Positions 51,268-61,771 of a stretch of DNA of 64,000 nucleotides are shown here, piece after piece. The translations under genes and the position numbers were made by a program. Position 1 is the first letter of the stretch. Each line of letters opens with the position of its first letter. Below the pieces are notes generated by a model. That model did no database searches. It was not told the DNA's origin and worked only from the letters and a program-made list of their open reading frames with translations. Source of the stretch: Nitrosopumilus sp. (GTDB taxonomy: Archaea > Thermoproteota > Nitrososphaeria > Nitrososphaerales > Nitrosopumilaceae); the NCBI GenBank assembly GCA_965203315.1, contig OZ241857.1, forward strand, positions 672,001 to 736,000. The letters run 5' to 3'.

Positions 51268-54200
51268 ATGGGCACCTCAAAGGCATCAACCTTTGATGAG
51301 GTGCTATCAACAATACGAGCATCTGCAACGAGTACCTCTGATCTCGGTAAACGATTCGAGAGACTGACCAAAGACTTTTTCAAGATAGATTCCATGTATA
51401 GTAGACGATTCAGACGCGTCTATCTGTGGTCAGAGTGGCCCAAACGAGACGGCACAGATACGGGAATCGATATCGTGGCAGAACAGTTTGATGGTACACT
51501 CTGTGCTGTACAGTGCAAGTGCTATGATGACTATGCCAGTCTAGACATGAAGTCGGTTGCCAAGTTTCTGGCCAAAGCAAACTCGATCGGTATAGAGAAC
51601 AAGATTCTAGTGTATACTGGCGATACATTTACTAGTCATGCACAAAAGTTGTTGCTTGATTCCAAGTGTTCCATAATAGATCAAGAACACTTTCGTAGTT
51701 CTAGTATCGATTGGAGTGATTATCCAAAACTTGTACGAGTCAAAGATCAAAAACAGCTCAGACCTCATCAGGTATCTGCACTAAAAGACGTGATAGATGG
51801 ATTTCAGAGGCATGATCGTGGTAAACTGATCATGGCGTGTGGTACAGGCAAGACTCTAACAGCACTGCACATTGCAGAAGAACAGGTTGGTATAGGCGGT
51901 ATAGTACTGTATGTTGTACCTTCTATCTCTCTGATACTACAGAGTATGCGAGAGTGGTCCGACAACGGTACCATACAACATAGTTACATGGCTGTATGTT
52001 CAGATAAATCTACAGGTGAAGACGGTTCCATAACAGAACTAGAGTCACCGGTATCTACAGATCATACGACACTACGCCCCTACATTGTATCACGACCAAA
52101 AGATGCAATGACCGTAATATTCTCTACGTATCATTCTATAGACGTTATAAAACAAGCTGCAAAAAATATACAGTTTGATCTGATATTATGTGACGAAGCC
52201 CATCGTACAACAGGAGTAGAAGACAAGTCGTTCTTTACAGCTGTACACAAGGACACAAACATACACGGCAAGAAACGACTCTACATGACTGCTACACCTC
52301 GTGTGTACAGCGATATTATACAAGCCAAGATGGGCAAGGTAATCTATTCTATGGATGATGAAGAGAGATATGGGCCAACATTCCATAGACTGAGTTTTAC
52401 AGCTGCAGTACAACAAAAGGTACTCTCTGACTTTAGAGTCAAGATTGCAATCGTACCAGCTGATAAAATAGACGCACAGTTTCAGCAATCGGTAACAGAC
52501 GAGGACCACTCCATACCGTTAGACGAACGTACGTTACTAGCAGCTGTATGGCACGGCATACAATATCCCGATGATAATAAAACACCAAAACTGTTACAAC
52601 GTGTTATTGCATTTGCAAATCGTATAGACCGTTCTCAAATGTTTGCAGGCGAGATAACCGACGGAAACAACATTGATCGTAGTTTTGCAAGTATCGTATC
52701 CCAGTATGAAGAAAAAAAGAACACGGGACATAAAGTCCAAGTCAAACACATGGACGGCAAGACTAGGGCAATAGAACGAAGAGATAAACTACGTTGGTTA
52801 GACGAGAGTACTGATGATCCCAACACTTGTAGAATAGTCTCTAATGCCAGATGTCTATCTGAGGGTATAGATGTACCTGCTCTAGACGGTGTAATCTTTT
52901 TAAATCCGCGCAAGTCTCGAGTCGATGTAGTCCAGTCTGTAGGTCGAGTCATGCGTAGATCCGCGGGTAAGAAATATGGCTATGTGATATTGCCGGTTGC
53001 AATCCCAGCTGGTGTCGAATACCACAAGGCACTAGACAACAACAAGACCTTTGCTGTCGTATGGCAGGTACTAAACGCACTACGTTCACATGACGAGTCG
53101 TTTGGTGCCGAGATCAACAGTCTGATACTAGACAAAAACACAGAGAATACGAGTCCTACTCCCAGAATCAGTGTATCTGTTTTAGATGATACATTTGTCG
53201 AGAGTGAACCGATTACAAAGTTCTTTGATCATGTAAAGTCTCAACTGGTCAAAAAGGTAGGAGACGTAGACTATTATGACAAGTATGGTGAAAAGATTGG
53301 TTCTGCAGCTAGTACGATACAGTCTAGAATCGAAAATCTGTTAAAGACAAATGATACCATACAACACGAGGTATCTAAATTTCATAAATCACTACAAGAT
53401 CTGATAAACGATACCATATCTGAATATGATACTGTACAGGCCCTAGCACACCACATGGTACTTGCTCCTGTATTTGATGGACTATTTACAGGACAGTTCA
53501 CATCATACAATCCGATATCTAGAGCATTTGAAGATATCATATGTACCATGGGACTACGCGAAGAGCTCGAGATCCTAGAAGAATTCTATGATGAAGTACA
53601 GCAAGAGATCAAGAACATCAATACAGGTACAGCAAGACAAGAGTTCATCAAGAGAATATATGGAAATTTCTTTGAATCTGCTGATAAAAAAGGAACAGAA
53701 CAACACGGTATCGTATACACACCTGTACAGATCGTCGATTTTATAATACATAGTGTACAGTATATTCTCAAGAAGGAATTCAACACCGAATTTGCAGACA
53801 GACAAGTCAAAGTTCTAGACCCATTCACAGGTACTGGTACATTCCTTGCACAACTGATAAACTCTAGATATCTGGGTGAGAACATTTACGAAAAGTACAA
53901 ACACGATCTATACGCAAACGAACTGATCCTACTAGCATATTACGTTGCAACTGTAAACATCGAGACGGTATATTCCAGTGTACGAAACGGACACAGACAT
54001 GTTCCGTTTGATGGCATCAGTTATACCGATACACTAAAGATAAATCCACTATATCGCACAGACGAGAGACATAGAGTACAGCTCAAACCATTCACAGGTC
54101 AGTTCAAACAGGCACACGAACGAGTGCATGCTCAGAGATGGTCTCATCTACACGTGATAATGGGGAATCCGCCTTATTCAGTAGGTCAAAAAAACGCTAG

Positions 54201-55920
54201 TGATGAAAATCCCAACATAAAATATCCTGAATTGGATCAACGTATTAAAGATACATTCAAACTAAAAACCAAAACAGTCAGAGTAACGTCACTGTATGAT
54301 TCATACATTCGCTCAATCCGTTGGGCGTCTGACAGGATAGGCGAATCAGGCATAATTGGCTTTGTAACCAACGCTAGTTTCATTCGTTCTCCATCTACTA
54401 CGGGCGTACGCGCCTCACTCCACGAAGAATTCACAGACATTTACTGCTTTGACCTGCGAGGAAATGCACGAACACAAGGCGAAATACGAAAGAAAGAAGC
54501 AGGAACAGTATTTGATTCAGGCTCGCGCGCACCAGTAGCCATCACAATACTAGTCAAAAACCCAAACAAGAAAAAACACACCATACATTACAAAGATATC
54601 GGCGACTATCTATCCAGAGAAGAAAAACTAGACACAATATCAAAATACAAATCCATCCAACACATCAAAGACTGGGATACCATCACACCCGACAAGCACC
54701 ACGACTGGGTTGGTCAACAAAACGAAGATTTTGAAAAGTATGTGGAAATGGGCAACAAGAATACTAAATATGGCAAAGAATCATCTTCAATATTCAAAGT
54801 ATACTCGCTAGGTACTTCAACTAATCGTGATGCTTGGGTTTATAATTCTTCTAAAGAAGTTCTAACAGACAACATGAAGAGACATGTCGATTTTTGCAAA
54901 ACAATAGATTTGAAAAACATAAAACTAAATCCAAAAATGGGAAAAATAACTAGAGGTCTAAAAAACAAATTAAAAAAATCTAAACCAAAGTTTGATAAAA
55001 CTAAAATAAGACTGACAATTTATAGGCCATTCTTCAAACAATTTTTGTACTTTGACACAACACGAACATTTAACGAAGATGTTCATTTAATCCCAAAATT
55101 CTTCCCAACCGAAACCACCAAAAACCTCGCCATCATCGTCCCCTACAAGTATCACGGCAACCCATCCACGTTCATTACTGATATCACTCCTGATCTACAT
55201 GTAATCGAAGCATGTCAATGTTTTCCATTATACACATATGAGAACGGTGAGAAGAGAATCAACATTACAGATTACATATTAACACAATACCAAGATCACT
55301 ACAACGACAAGACAATAACCAAAGAGGACATCTTTTACTATACGTATGGTCTCTTACACCATGAAAAATACAAAAAGAAGTTCGCAAGCAACCTATCCAA
55401 AGAACTACCACGAATCCCTATGGCTCCAAACTTCCATACATTCAAAACAGCTGGACGTAAACTAGCAGATCTCCACATACACTACGAGACCTGTAAAAAA
55501 TATCCACTCAAACCTAAAGCCAAGTTTGGCAAGCTAGTAAAGATGGCATTCCCCAAAGTAACAAAAAACGGTAAAAAGATTCCAGACAAGACACGACTAT
55601 TCATAAACGGAATCGAGGTCTTTGATCTACCTGAAATAAAATACACAGTAAACGGCAGAACCACAATCGAGTGGGTTATAGATCGATACCGTAAAACAAC
55701 AGACAAGGACAGTGGCATAGTAAATGATCCGACCGAAACAATGACCGAAGAAAAGACAATATCAATGATTCAACGACTCGTACACGTAAGTGTCGAATCT
55801 GACAAGATCATCAAAGAACTATCCAAAGAACCATTTGAACCTAAAGCATGGAAGCCGAAACCCTCTGGTCTAGACAGATACACCAACCCTAAAAACTATC
55901 AGTCAAAGTTGAGAGGTTGA
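51268..55920 (+). CDS. Type ISP (LlaGI/LlaBIII-like) single-chain restriction-modification enzyme
   Basis: Mrr-like GID...AVQCK, MACGTGKT, DEAH, MTATP, QSVGRVMR, LDPFTGTG, GNPPY, C-terminal TRD. Confidence 0.93.
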   Translation: MGTSKASTFDEVLSTIRASATSTSDLGKRFERLTKDFFKIDSMYSRRFRRVYLWSEWPKRDGTDTGIDIVAEQFDGTLCAVQCKCYDDYASLDMKSVAKFLAKANSIGIENKILVYTGDTFTSHAQKLLLDSKCSIIDQEHFRSSSIDWSDYPKLVRVKDQKQLRPHQVSALKDVIDGFQRHDRGKLIMACGTGKTLTALHIAEEQVGIGGIVLYVVPSISLILQSMREWSDNGTIQHSYMAVCSDKSTGEDGSITELESPVSTDHTTLRPYIVSRPKDAMTVIFSTYHSIDVIKQAAKNIQFDLILCDEAHRTTGVEDKSFFTAVHKDTNIHGKKRLYMTATPRVYSDIIQAKMGKVIYSMDDEERYGPTFHRLSFTAAVQQKVLSDFRVKIAIVPADKIDAQFQQSVTDEDHSIPLDERTLLAAVWHGIQYPDDNKTPKLLQRVIAFANRIDRSQMFAGEITDGNNIDRSFASIVSQYEEKKNTGHKVQVKHMDGKTRAIERRDKLRWLDESTDDPNTCRIVSNARCLSEGIDVPALDGVIFLNPRKSRVDVVQSVGRVMRRSAGKKYGYVILPVAIPAGVEYHKALDNNKTFAVVWQVLNALRSHDESFGAEINSLILDKNTENTSPTPRISVSVLDDTFVESEPITKFFDHVKSQLVKKVGDVDYYDKYGEKIGSAASTIQSRIENLLKTNDTIQHEVSKFHKSLQDLINDTISEYDTVQALAHHMVLAPVFDGLFTGQFTSYNPISRAFEDIICTMGLREELEILEEFYDEVQQEIKNINTGTARQEFIKRIYGNFFESADKKGTEQHGIVYTPVQIVDFIIHSVQYILKKEFNTEFADRQVKVLDPFTGTGTFLAQLINSRYLGENIYEKYKHDLYANELILLAYYVATVNIETVYSSVRNGHRHVPFDGISYTDTLKINPLYRTDERHRVQLKPFTGQFKQAHERVHAQRWSHLHVIMGNPPYSVGQKNASDENPNIKYPELDQRIKDTFKLKTKTVRVTSLYDSYIRSIRWASDRIGESGIIGFVTNASFIRSPSTTGVRASLHEEFTDIYCFDLRGNARTQGEIRKKEAGTVFDSGSRAPVAITILVKNPNKKKHTIHYKDIGDYLSREEKLDTISKYKSIQHIKDWDTITPDKHHDWVGQQNEDFEKYVEMGNKNTKYGKESSSIFKVYSLGTSTNRDAWVYNSSKEVLTDNMKRHVDFCKTIDLKNIKLNPKMGKITRGLKNKLKKSKPKFDKTKIRLTIYRPFFKQFLYFDTTRTFNEDVHLIPKFFPTETTKNLAIIVPYKYHGNPSTFITDITPDLHVIEACQCFPLYTYENGEKRINITDYILTQYQDHYNDKTITKEDIFYYTYGLLHHEKYKKKFASNLSKELPRIPMAPNFHTFKTAGRKLADLHIHYETCKKYPLKPKAKFGKLVKMAFPKVTKNGKKIPDKTRLFINGIEVFDLPEIKYTVNGRTTIEWVIDRYRKTTDKDSGIVNDPTETMTEEKTISMIQRLVHVSVESDKIIKELSKEPFEPKAWKPKPSGLDRYTNPKNYQSKLRG

Positions 55921-55968
55921 ACTATCGATATGATGTTTGAGTAACTCGATATCATAATGTGTTGGATT

Positions 55969-56307
55969 TTATGAATGAAATATCCGCCACAGACTAGATC
56001 CACAGTCAGGACACTTTCTCTCGCCATGAATCAACTCGCACGACACGCAGCAGAACTCTATTTGAGGTTTATCAATATCGGGAGTATTCGATACATCAGA
56101 TGTATTACTCGATGTACCAGATGTCTCACTAACCTGTGACCTCATCACGCCAGAACGAGACTGTTCATACTCTCGAAGTCTCTGTACCTCTCTTTGCAGA
56201 TTGTCAAAGTCGCTCAGTTTACTTGCTAGTTCTGCCTTTAGTGTGTTTTTCTTCATACCGTAATTTGACACACAGTATTCTATCAAAGAATAAAGTCGCG
56301 CAATCAA
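55969..56307 (-). CDS. Small coiled-coil plus Zn-ribbon hypothetical protein
   Basis: CVSC...CPDCGS. Confidence 0.5.
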   Translation of the reverse strand: MIARLYSLIEYCVSNYGMKKNTLKAELASKLSDFDNLQREVQRLREYEQSRSGVMRSQVSETSGTSSNTSDVSNTPDIDKPQIEFCCVSCELIHGERKCPDCGSSLWRIFHS

Positions 56308-56543
56308 AGGTCATCTTGGAACTGATGTGACGAATATCTCTATCAATCCAATTTGAATAACGATCTACAACTTTCCAATCTGCTACATGAAACGAAAGAA
56401 TAGTATGAGCAGCACTATACGGATCTCTTCGGTTTATGTGGGATGATATTGTACAAGACTGTTCTCACTGAATTTTCCTTATGGAATCACATAGTACTTT
56501 TTCTGTAAAAATTCTGTCTCATGTAAACCTAAGAGATCCTCAC

Positions 56544-56678
56544 TATAGTCGTGAACATAATAATTTTCCTAGTGCATAGTATCACAATTTGGCATTATCC
56601 GTTCCGCTAGAGGTAAATTTCGTCTCTGATCTCACATATGCAAAAGTAAACAAGAAAACAATTCCGTTTGTGACTATA
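56544..56678. mobile_element. MITE family D copy 4
   Basis: TATAGTCGTGAAC ... GTTTGTGACTATA. Confidence 0.75.
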
Positions 56679-56720
56679 GACACACCATAGGAATAAGAAA
56701 AATCGTTGATTCTGGTCTTT

Positions 56721-57308
56721 TCATTTTGTCTTGTCTTTCCACTTGATATGACCGTTTATTTCATGCTTTTCATACACATCTAGTATATCCGTGCAGAAAC
56801 TAGCAAGAGCAATATCATTATTCTTAGTCGATCTGTTCAATAAATTGATGAAAAGTTTCTTTGCTGTCTCGGTTTGATTGTAGTTTTTCTTTTTGAAATT
56901 GTGAATAGAACATAACACTTGTCCGTTGTCTATTGTAGATCTACCTCCTTTATCTCGCGGTTTGATGTGATCGATATGCATTGTCTCACCATCGGCTTCA
57001 CTCTTACCACACACAACACATTTGTAACCATCTCGCTCTAGTATCTCTTCTTTTTGTGATCGTGTAAAGTCATGGAGTCTTGCTTTCGGTTTTGGATTAT
57101 ACCGGTATACCCCAATACTGATCTTGTCTAGATATCCTTCTTGATGTAAGATCCTAATCTGTCTATCTGGATCGCGAAATACTTTGCCTGTTCTTTTCTT
57201 GTATTCGCTTGTGACCCAATCAATAATCTCAGGATGTTTTATGTCCCGGTCAGGATTGTTCTTGTAAAACTCTAGAACTATGTCACGTTGGGTAATTTTA
57301 GTTGACAT
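56721..57308 (-). CDS. HNH-type restriction endonuclease (type II RM partner)
   Basis: CVVCG, HIDHIKP..KGG...NGQVLCSIHN; overlaps the MTase gene. Confidence 0.82.
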   Translation of the reverse strand: MSTKITQRDIVLEFYKNNPDRDIKHPEIIDWVTSEYKKRTGKVFRDPDRQIRILHQEGYLDKISIGVYRYNPKPKARLHDFTRSQKEEILERDGYKCVVCGKSEADGETMHIDHIKPRDKGGRSTIDNGQVLCSIHNFKKKNYNQTETAKKLFINLLNRSTKNNDIALASFCTDILDVYEKHEINGHIKWKDKTK

Positions 57309-58045
57309 TGGCTTGACTCTATCCTCTCTTTTGCAAGTTTGTGATACTCTTTTGATATCTCGACACCTATAGCCTTACGCCCATTTGATATTGATTCTAG
57401 GACAGTGGTTCCAGAGCCAGAGAATGGATCCAGTATAGTATCTTCAAGATATGAAAACAACTGAATACAGCGTCTAGGTAGTTCGGGAGGAAAGGGAGCT
57501 GGATGTCCATTCTTTCTTGAACCGCCAAAAATCCACAGACCATTAGTCCATTTGATAAAATCATCGCGTTGTATCGTTGATGTTCCTTTATAGTCTCGCT
57601 TCCACTCGTCTTTGTATAAGACTAGGATGACTTCAACGGGAGCTATAACATGAGGTGCCGAAGCTGATAGCCACGAGCCCCACGCAGTTCTCCTCGATAC
57701 TGTTCCTTCATTCCAGATTATAGTACTATGGTACTTCCAACCCATATCCATAGCTAGTTTTGTTATGTCCGAGCATATTGGTCGCTTGCCGTTCTTGTTC
57801 TTATCTAGTCCCACATTGAGACACAGTCGCCCTGTAGGTTTTGTCCAATACAAAATATTCGAGAGGTACTCTTTTGAAAAATTTAGGTATTCGTCATACG
57901 ACACATCATCTTGACTTCCTCCTTTGTAAGATACTCCCACATTATACGGAGGAGACGTTATAGTGACATTTATTGACTCTCTTTCTAGTGTATTCCTGTC
58001 CAAAGAGTTTGCATTGAGTAGTTTGTAGAGATTTATCTTTGACAC
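57278..58045 (-). CDS. Beta-class DNA methyltransferase (probably N4-cytosine)
   Basis: ITSPPYN, HPAPFP, LDPFSGSGTT. Confidence 0.9.
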   Translation of the reverse strand: MSKINLYKLLNANSLDRNTLERESINVTITSPPYNVGVSYKGGSQDDVSYDEYLNFSKEYLSNILYWTKPTGRLCLNVGLDKNKNGKRPICSDITKLAMDMGWKYHSTIIWNEGTVSRRTAWGSWLSASAPHVIAPVEVILVLYKDEWKRDYKGTSTIQRDDFIKWTNGLWIFGGSRKNGHPAPFPPELPRRCIQLFSYLEDTILDPFSGSGTTVLESISNGRKAIGVEISKEYHKLAKERIESSQCQLKLPNVT

Positions 58046-58148
58046 CTCGGAACTAGCTTCTTATCTTCAATCAAGAATATCATACTAGGTATTAGAGACA
58101 TGTCAATTATAGGTTTTGTTGTACGATAAACATGTCTAATAATATCAT

Positions 58149-58288
58149 AGACTGTATGCGTATTATTAAGAGTGCCCATCTCCAATCATCAAACATGGTA
58201 ACAATGAATCAATTTGCCTCTAGAAATCACACTTGTTTTTTATTGTACATTAAACGTGAGTATGATGTAAGAAATACGCATACAGTCT
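58149..58288. mobile_element. MITE family A copy 10
   Basis: Family A TIRs. Confidence 0.85.
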
Positions 58289-59138
58289 CCTGTGAAATTT
58301 TCAAACATTGTTCGTAGTATGTTTATCTCTGCTGTATCGGCATAGTGCACCTTACTAGTGTACAGAATCAATTTGTCTTGATTTGTTAGGATCACTTGGC
58401 GATAGACGTGTTTCTTTGATTTGCCTGAATAAGCTGCTGTTTCATCCTTTGATTTTTTTGGCTTGTCTATCTCTGTCTCGAATCCATCCACGAATATTCT
58501 ACCACCTCTCTCGCCTGACCCATCTCTTGAACTCTAGTTGTTTTACAGCTAGTGATCTTTTCAAATATGTTCTCTACTAAAGTACTATTGGTCTCTAAAA
58601 AGTTCGATACATATGCTAGATGTCGAGATACCGTACCTTGATCTAGATCAAACAAACCTCCGATCTTCCATTGTGATAGCCCACATCTCAGATATGCGAT
58701 TATCATGAACAGATAGTACTTGGACATGTACCTACACACGTTTCCTTGTGTTACAAAGATATCCGAGAACTGTGGAGTTTTATCTGGATGTTCTTCCATA
58801 TACTCTACAAACCGTTTGTGTATGTCATCAAATCGCTCTTGTGTCATCCTAACGTACATATAGAAGAGCTTTGGATTGCTCATTATTCTGTTCCAAAACT
58901 CTAACAGGTGTTGCGTATCTCGTTTGTTCGGTTTACGTTTAAGTGAACACACCCACATCGATTCTTCAATCTTTTGTTTGGCATGTGCAAAGTCGAGTTC
59001 CTCATTCAATTCTTTAACTTTGGTCTTTAATTCTGACTCTAGCTCTAGCTGCATCACGTTCACTAGTTTGGCTAGTCTTCGTTCTAGCGATTGTATCCTT
59101 TTGTTTTCTGTGTCAGAACATACAGTAACACACTTCAT
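58289..59138 (-). pseudogene. IS5/Harbinger-like (DDE_Tnp_4) transposase pseudogene
   Basis: YLRCGLSQ..IG.LF.LDQGTVSR HTH, then DGFE..I.KP...YSGKSKKH in another frame; cut by the MITE. Confidence 0.75.
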
Positions 59139-59353
59139 AATGGCTTCTACACATTACCTATCTAAGCAACTAGGTCAGATTCTGTCTATAAGGATGTAAA
59201 CCAAATCTCACCGTTTGCGCCTGTGAAAACGAATTATACATGATATCTACTGGATCGATTCAAGACTTTTTCATACCTACAAAATGTTCCAGTTCTGGCA
59301 CCATGACTATACAATTCCAGAATATTTTTATGTACTTGTGAGCATGAAATAAT

Positions 59354-59968
59354 ATGGCAATTGAGAGTAAGATGTTAGAGATCAGTGAGATTGAAGAGTA
59401 TATCATCTTACTAGTACATGTAAAGGACGAACCCGTACAAGGTAGACAAAAACTCCAATTCTTGCTGTACATATTGGGTGATTCGTACGAAGAGCTTAGA
59501 GAGTTATGCAACTTTACAATCAAAGATAATGGTCCATACAGTACAGTATTGGATACGTCTCTAGATCGCCTTATACGTCTAGGTCTACTAGTAGAACGTG
59601 ATGATAGCATACAATTAGCCGAAAAGAGTACTACATATGCCAAAGAGATCATAGATAAAAAAGACAAGATTTTAAAGTTTCCTGGCATGTTTGACCTAAA
59701 GATGTCATTTATATTTACAAAACACAAGAGTACCATAAACGATATCACCATTCCAGAGATGTTATCCTTCATGTACTGTTTGTATCCCGATATGCAAAAG
59801 GGTTCTACAACATATGAGAAATTAAAACTAGATATTAAAGAGCATTTATTTTCTTTGCTGTCAAAAGAAAAGTTGACTCTTGCGAGAGTTGGAGAATTTC
59901 TTAACATACCAATACATCTGATGATGAAAGAGGCAGGTAAACGTGGATTACTCAGGTTATATCCTTGA
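59354..59968 (+). CDS. wHTH/UPF0175-like antitoxin
   Basis: GRQKLQFLLY, GPYS, C-terminal LTLARVGEFLNI HTH; overlaps the PIN gene. Confidence 0.65.
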   Translation: MAIESKMLEISEIEEYIILLVHVKDEPVQGRQKLQFLLYILGDSYEELRELCNFTIKDNGPYSTVLDTSLDRLIRLGLLVERDDSIQLAEKSTTYAKEIIDKKDKILKFPGMFDLKMSFIFTKHKSTINDITIPEMLSFMYCLYPDMQKGSTTYEKLKLDIKEHLFSLLSKEKLTLARVGEFLNIPIHLMMKEAGKRGLLRLYP

Positions 59969-60474
59969 AAATATTCGATACGTCTGCACTAGTTGGAATA
60001 TTTAACGAAGCTAAAAGGCCAGACGTATTTGATGATCTCTTGTAGTTGGGACATAAATTAGCAACTACAAAATATGTGTTGGCAGAGATAAAGGATCCCA
60101 ACACTTGTACAAGTGTTAAACGATTATTAAGAGAAGATAAACTTGAACGCTTAGAAGAAAACTCACTTCAAGAGATTAGAGACTTTCAACGGACGTATTC
60201 AGAATTAGGAGAAGGTGAAACAGACGTAATCTTAACTTGGCAAAAATTAAGTTCCCATCAAGACAACGTTTATTGTATTTTAGATGACGGAAACGCACGA
60301 AATGCAGCATCGAAATTAAGTGTAAGATATACCGGCATGATAGGATTGTTGCAGATGCTAAAGACTCGTGGAATTAAGAGTCCAGGTGAGATCAGAGAGA
60401 TTTTCAAACTATTAAAAGAAGGAGGTTTCAGAATACCAAAACATATTGACATCAATGGGGTTCTTTTAACTTAA
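59965..60474 (+). pseudogene. PIN-domain (DUF3368-like) toxin with in-frame TAG
   Basis: TTG 59965 gives MKIFDTSALV; TAG at 60043-60045; then LGEGE, ILDDGNAR, GMIGLL, GFRI. Confidence 0.75.
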
Positions 60475-60925
60475 CGGGGGGTGACGTTGTTTTTAGTGTT
60501 TTTAATCAGCGAGTTGAGTGTTAAAATTTCATAACGACCCTGTTTCTCGATATCGTGTGTTATTTCATCTAATAAAAGTCGCACATGTGTTTTTGTAATT
60601 AAGATTTTTTACACATTGGTAGTAAAATATACCAAAGTGCAAAAGTATTTTCCAAGACGACACTAAAAGAACGTATATGTGCTATTTATGGATGTACTCA
60701 TCTCGTAATGACGACAGTGTATGTGCTATTCCTATAGGCAAAATCGTTCAAATGATGTCCTTTTGATTTCCGTAAAGATGTATTCATAATTACACACATA
60801 CTATTCTACAATTTATTTGGAAAATACTTTTGCACTTTGGTATATATTTTGATACATGATTCGTTATTTCTAAAATTTAATGTCAAATTTGTCAATTTAC
60901 TACCCCCCGATAAGTTAAAAGAACC
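60459..60925. mobile_element. MITE family B long copy 4 with nested family G MITE
   Basis: GGTTCTTTTAACTTA ... TAAGTTAAAAGAACC. Confidence 0.75.
60628..60844. mobile_element. MITE family G copy 2 (nested)
   Basis: 28-bp perfect TIR TATACCAAAGTGCAAAAGTATTTTCCAA. Confidence 0.75.
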
Positions 60926-61771
60926 TACTAGGGATTGTTTACGCTTGATCTTTTTCCTGTATACGATAATAGCGCCTATTGGTAGTCCCGCATACATGCC
61001 AATGTTTGTTAGAATCGTCAACATACCTAATGCAACCAACTCTAGTTCTGTATCTGCATGCTCTAGTACGTGTAATGAGAAGATCATTGGCGTTATTACC
61101 AGTTTTGTTATCTCACGAAATGTAGGATATTGGCGCTCCCAATCGGCAACTGTTGGAGAGAATGCATAATATACATGATTAAAGGCAGACATGAATATTG
61201 CACCAGATACAGTACTCTGTACATTCTTGTCTCTGATCTCACGCAAGAGTTGAATTTCTGGTCCGAGTTCTGTACCATATGCAGCTGTGGCAACAAGACA
61301 ACCACCGCCGGTACTAGATTGTTGCGTGTTTGATTCGCCATAGACAACCAACTGATTATCTCCAGTACCGGTAAAGTTTAAGAGAATAAAGTAAATGTCA
61401 TCGTTTGAGTTTATAGTTGGAGTATAAGACTGACCATTTAACTCGAAGGTTATTTCACCATCAAGTACTTTGATGGGTAGAACAACTTCGCCCACATTAT
61501 TGTCCAGACTGCTATCGATATACAAAGTCAGCATCTGTTGCTCTTGATCGTATTGTACATCAGGTACGTCAAAGTTTGCAACAATGCTTACCTCAAATGT
61601 ACTATTATCTCGCATCACATCAAATCGATTAACCAATCCAGTAGCATCAGAGAGTGGTTGAGCATCTGCATCCAACATATGTACAGGCAATATGATGGTG
61701 ACGATCGAGATTGCAAACATTGTCACTAGTATAGTCATGGCGTCAGATATCGTGGATGACAATTTAGGCAA
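60806..61771 (-). CDS. Secreted/surface protein with CFI-box-CTERM-like domain; C-terminus extended into a MITE
   Basis: Signal peptide, GGGCLVATAAYGTEL...LREIRD...FNHVYYAFSP, C-terminal TM. Confidence 0.85.
   Translation of the reverse strand: MPKLSSTISDAMTILVTMFAISIVTIILPVHMLDADAQPLSDATGLVNRFDVMRDNSTFEVSIVANFDVPDVQYDQEQQMLTLYIDSSLDNNVGEVVLPIKVLDGEITFELNGQSYTPTINSNDDIYFILLNFTGTGDNQLVVYGESNTQQSSTGGGCLVATAAYGTELGPEIQLLREIRDKNVQSTVSGAIFMSAFNHVYYAFSPTVADWERQYPTFREITKLVITPMIFSLHVLEHADTELELVALGMLTILTNIGMYAGLPIGAIIVYRKKIKRKQSLVGSFNLSGGSKLTNLTLNFRNNESCIKIYTKVQKYFPNKL

Noticed and set aside
51095-51367. 90-aa ORF with IHYPLSI repeats
   Set aside because: Translation artefact of the heptamer microsatellite; overlaps the real RM start in another frame
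60043-60045. Pyrrolysine or amber read-through in the PIN gene
   Set aside because: No pyl genes in view, and TAG is a normal stop in neighbouring genes
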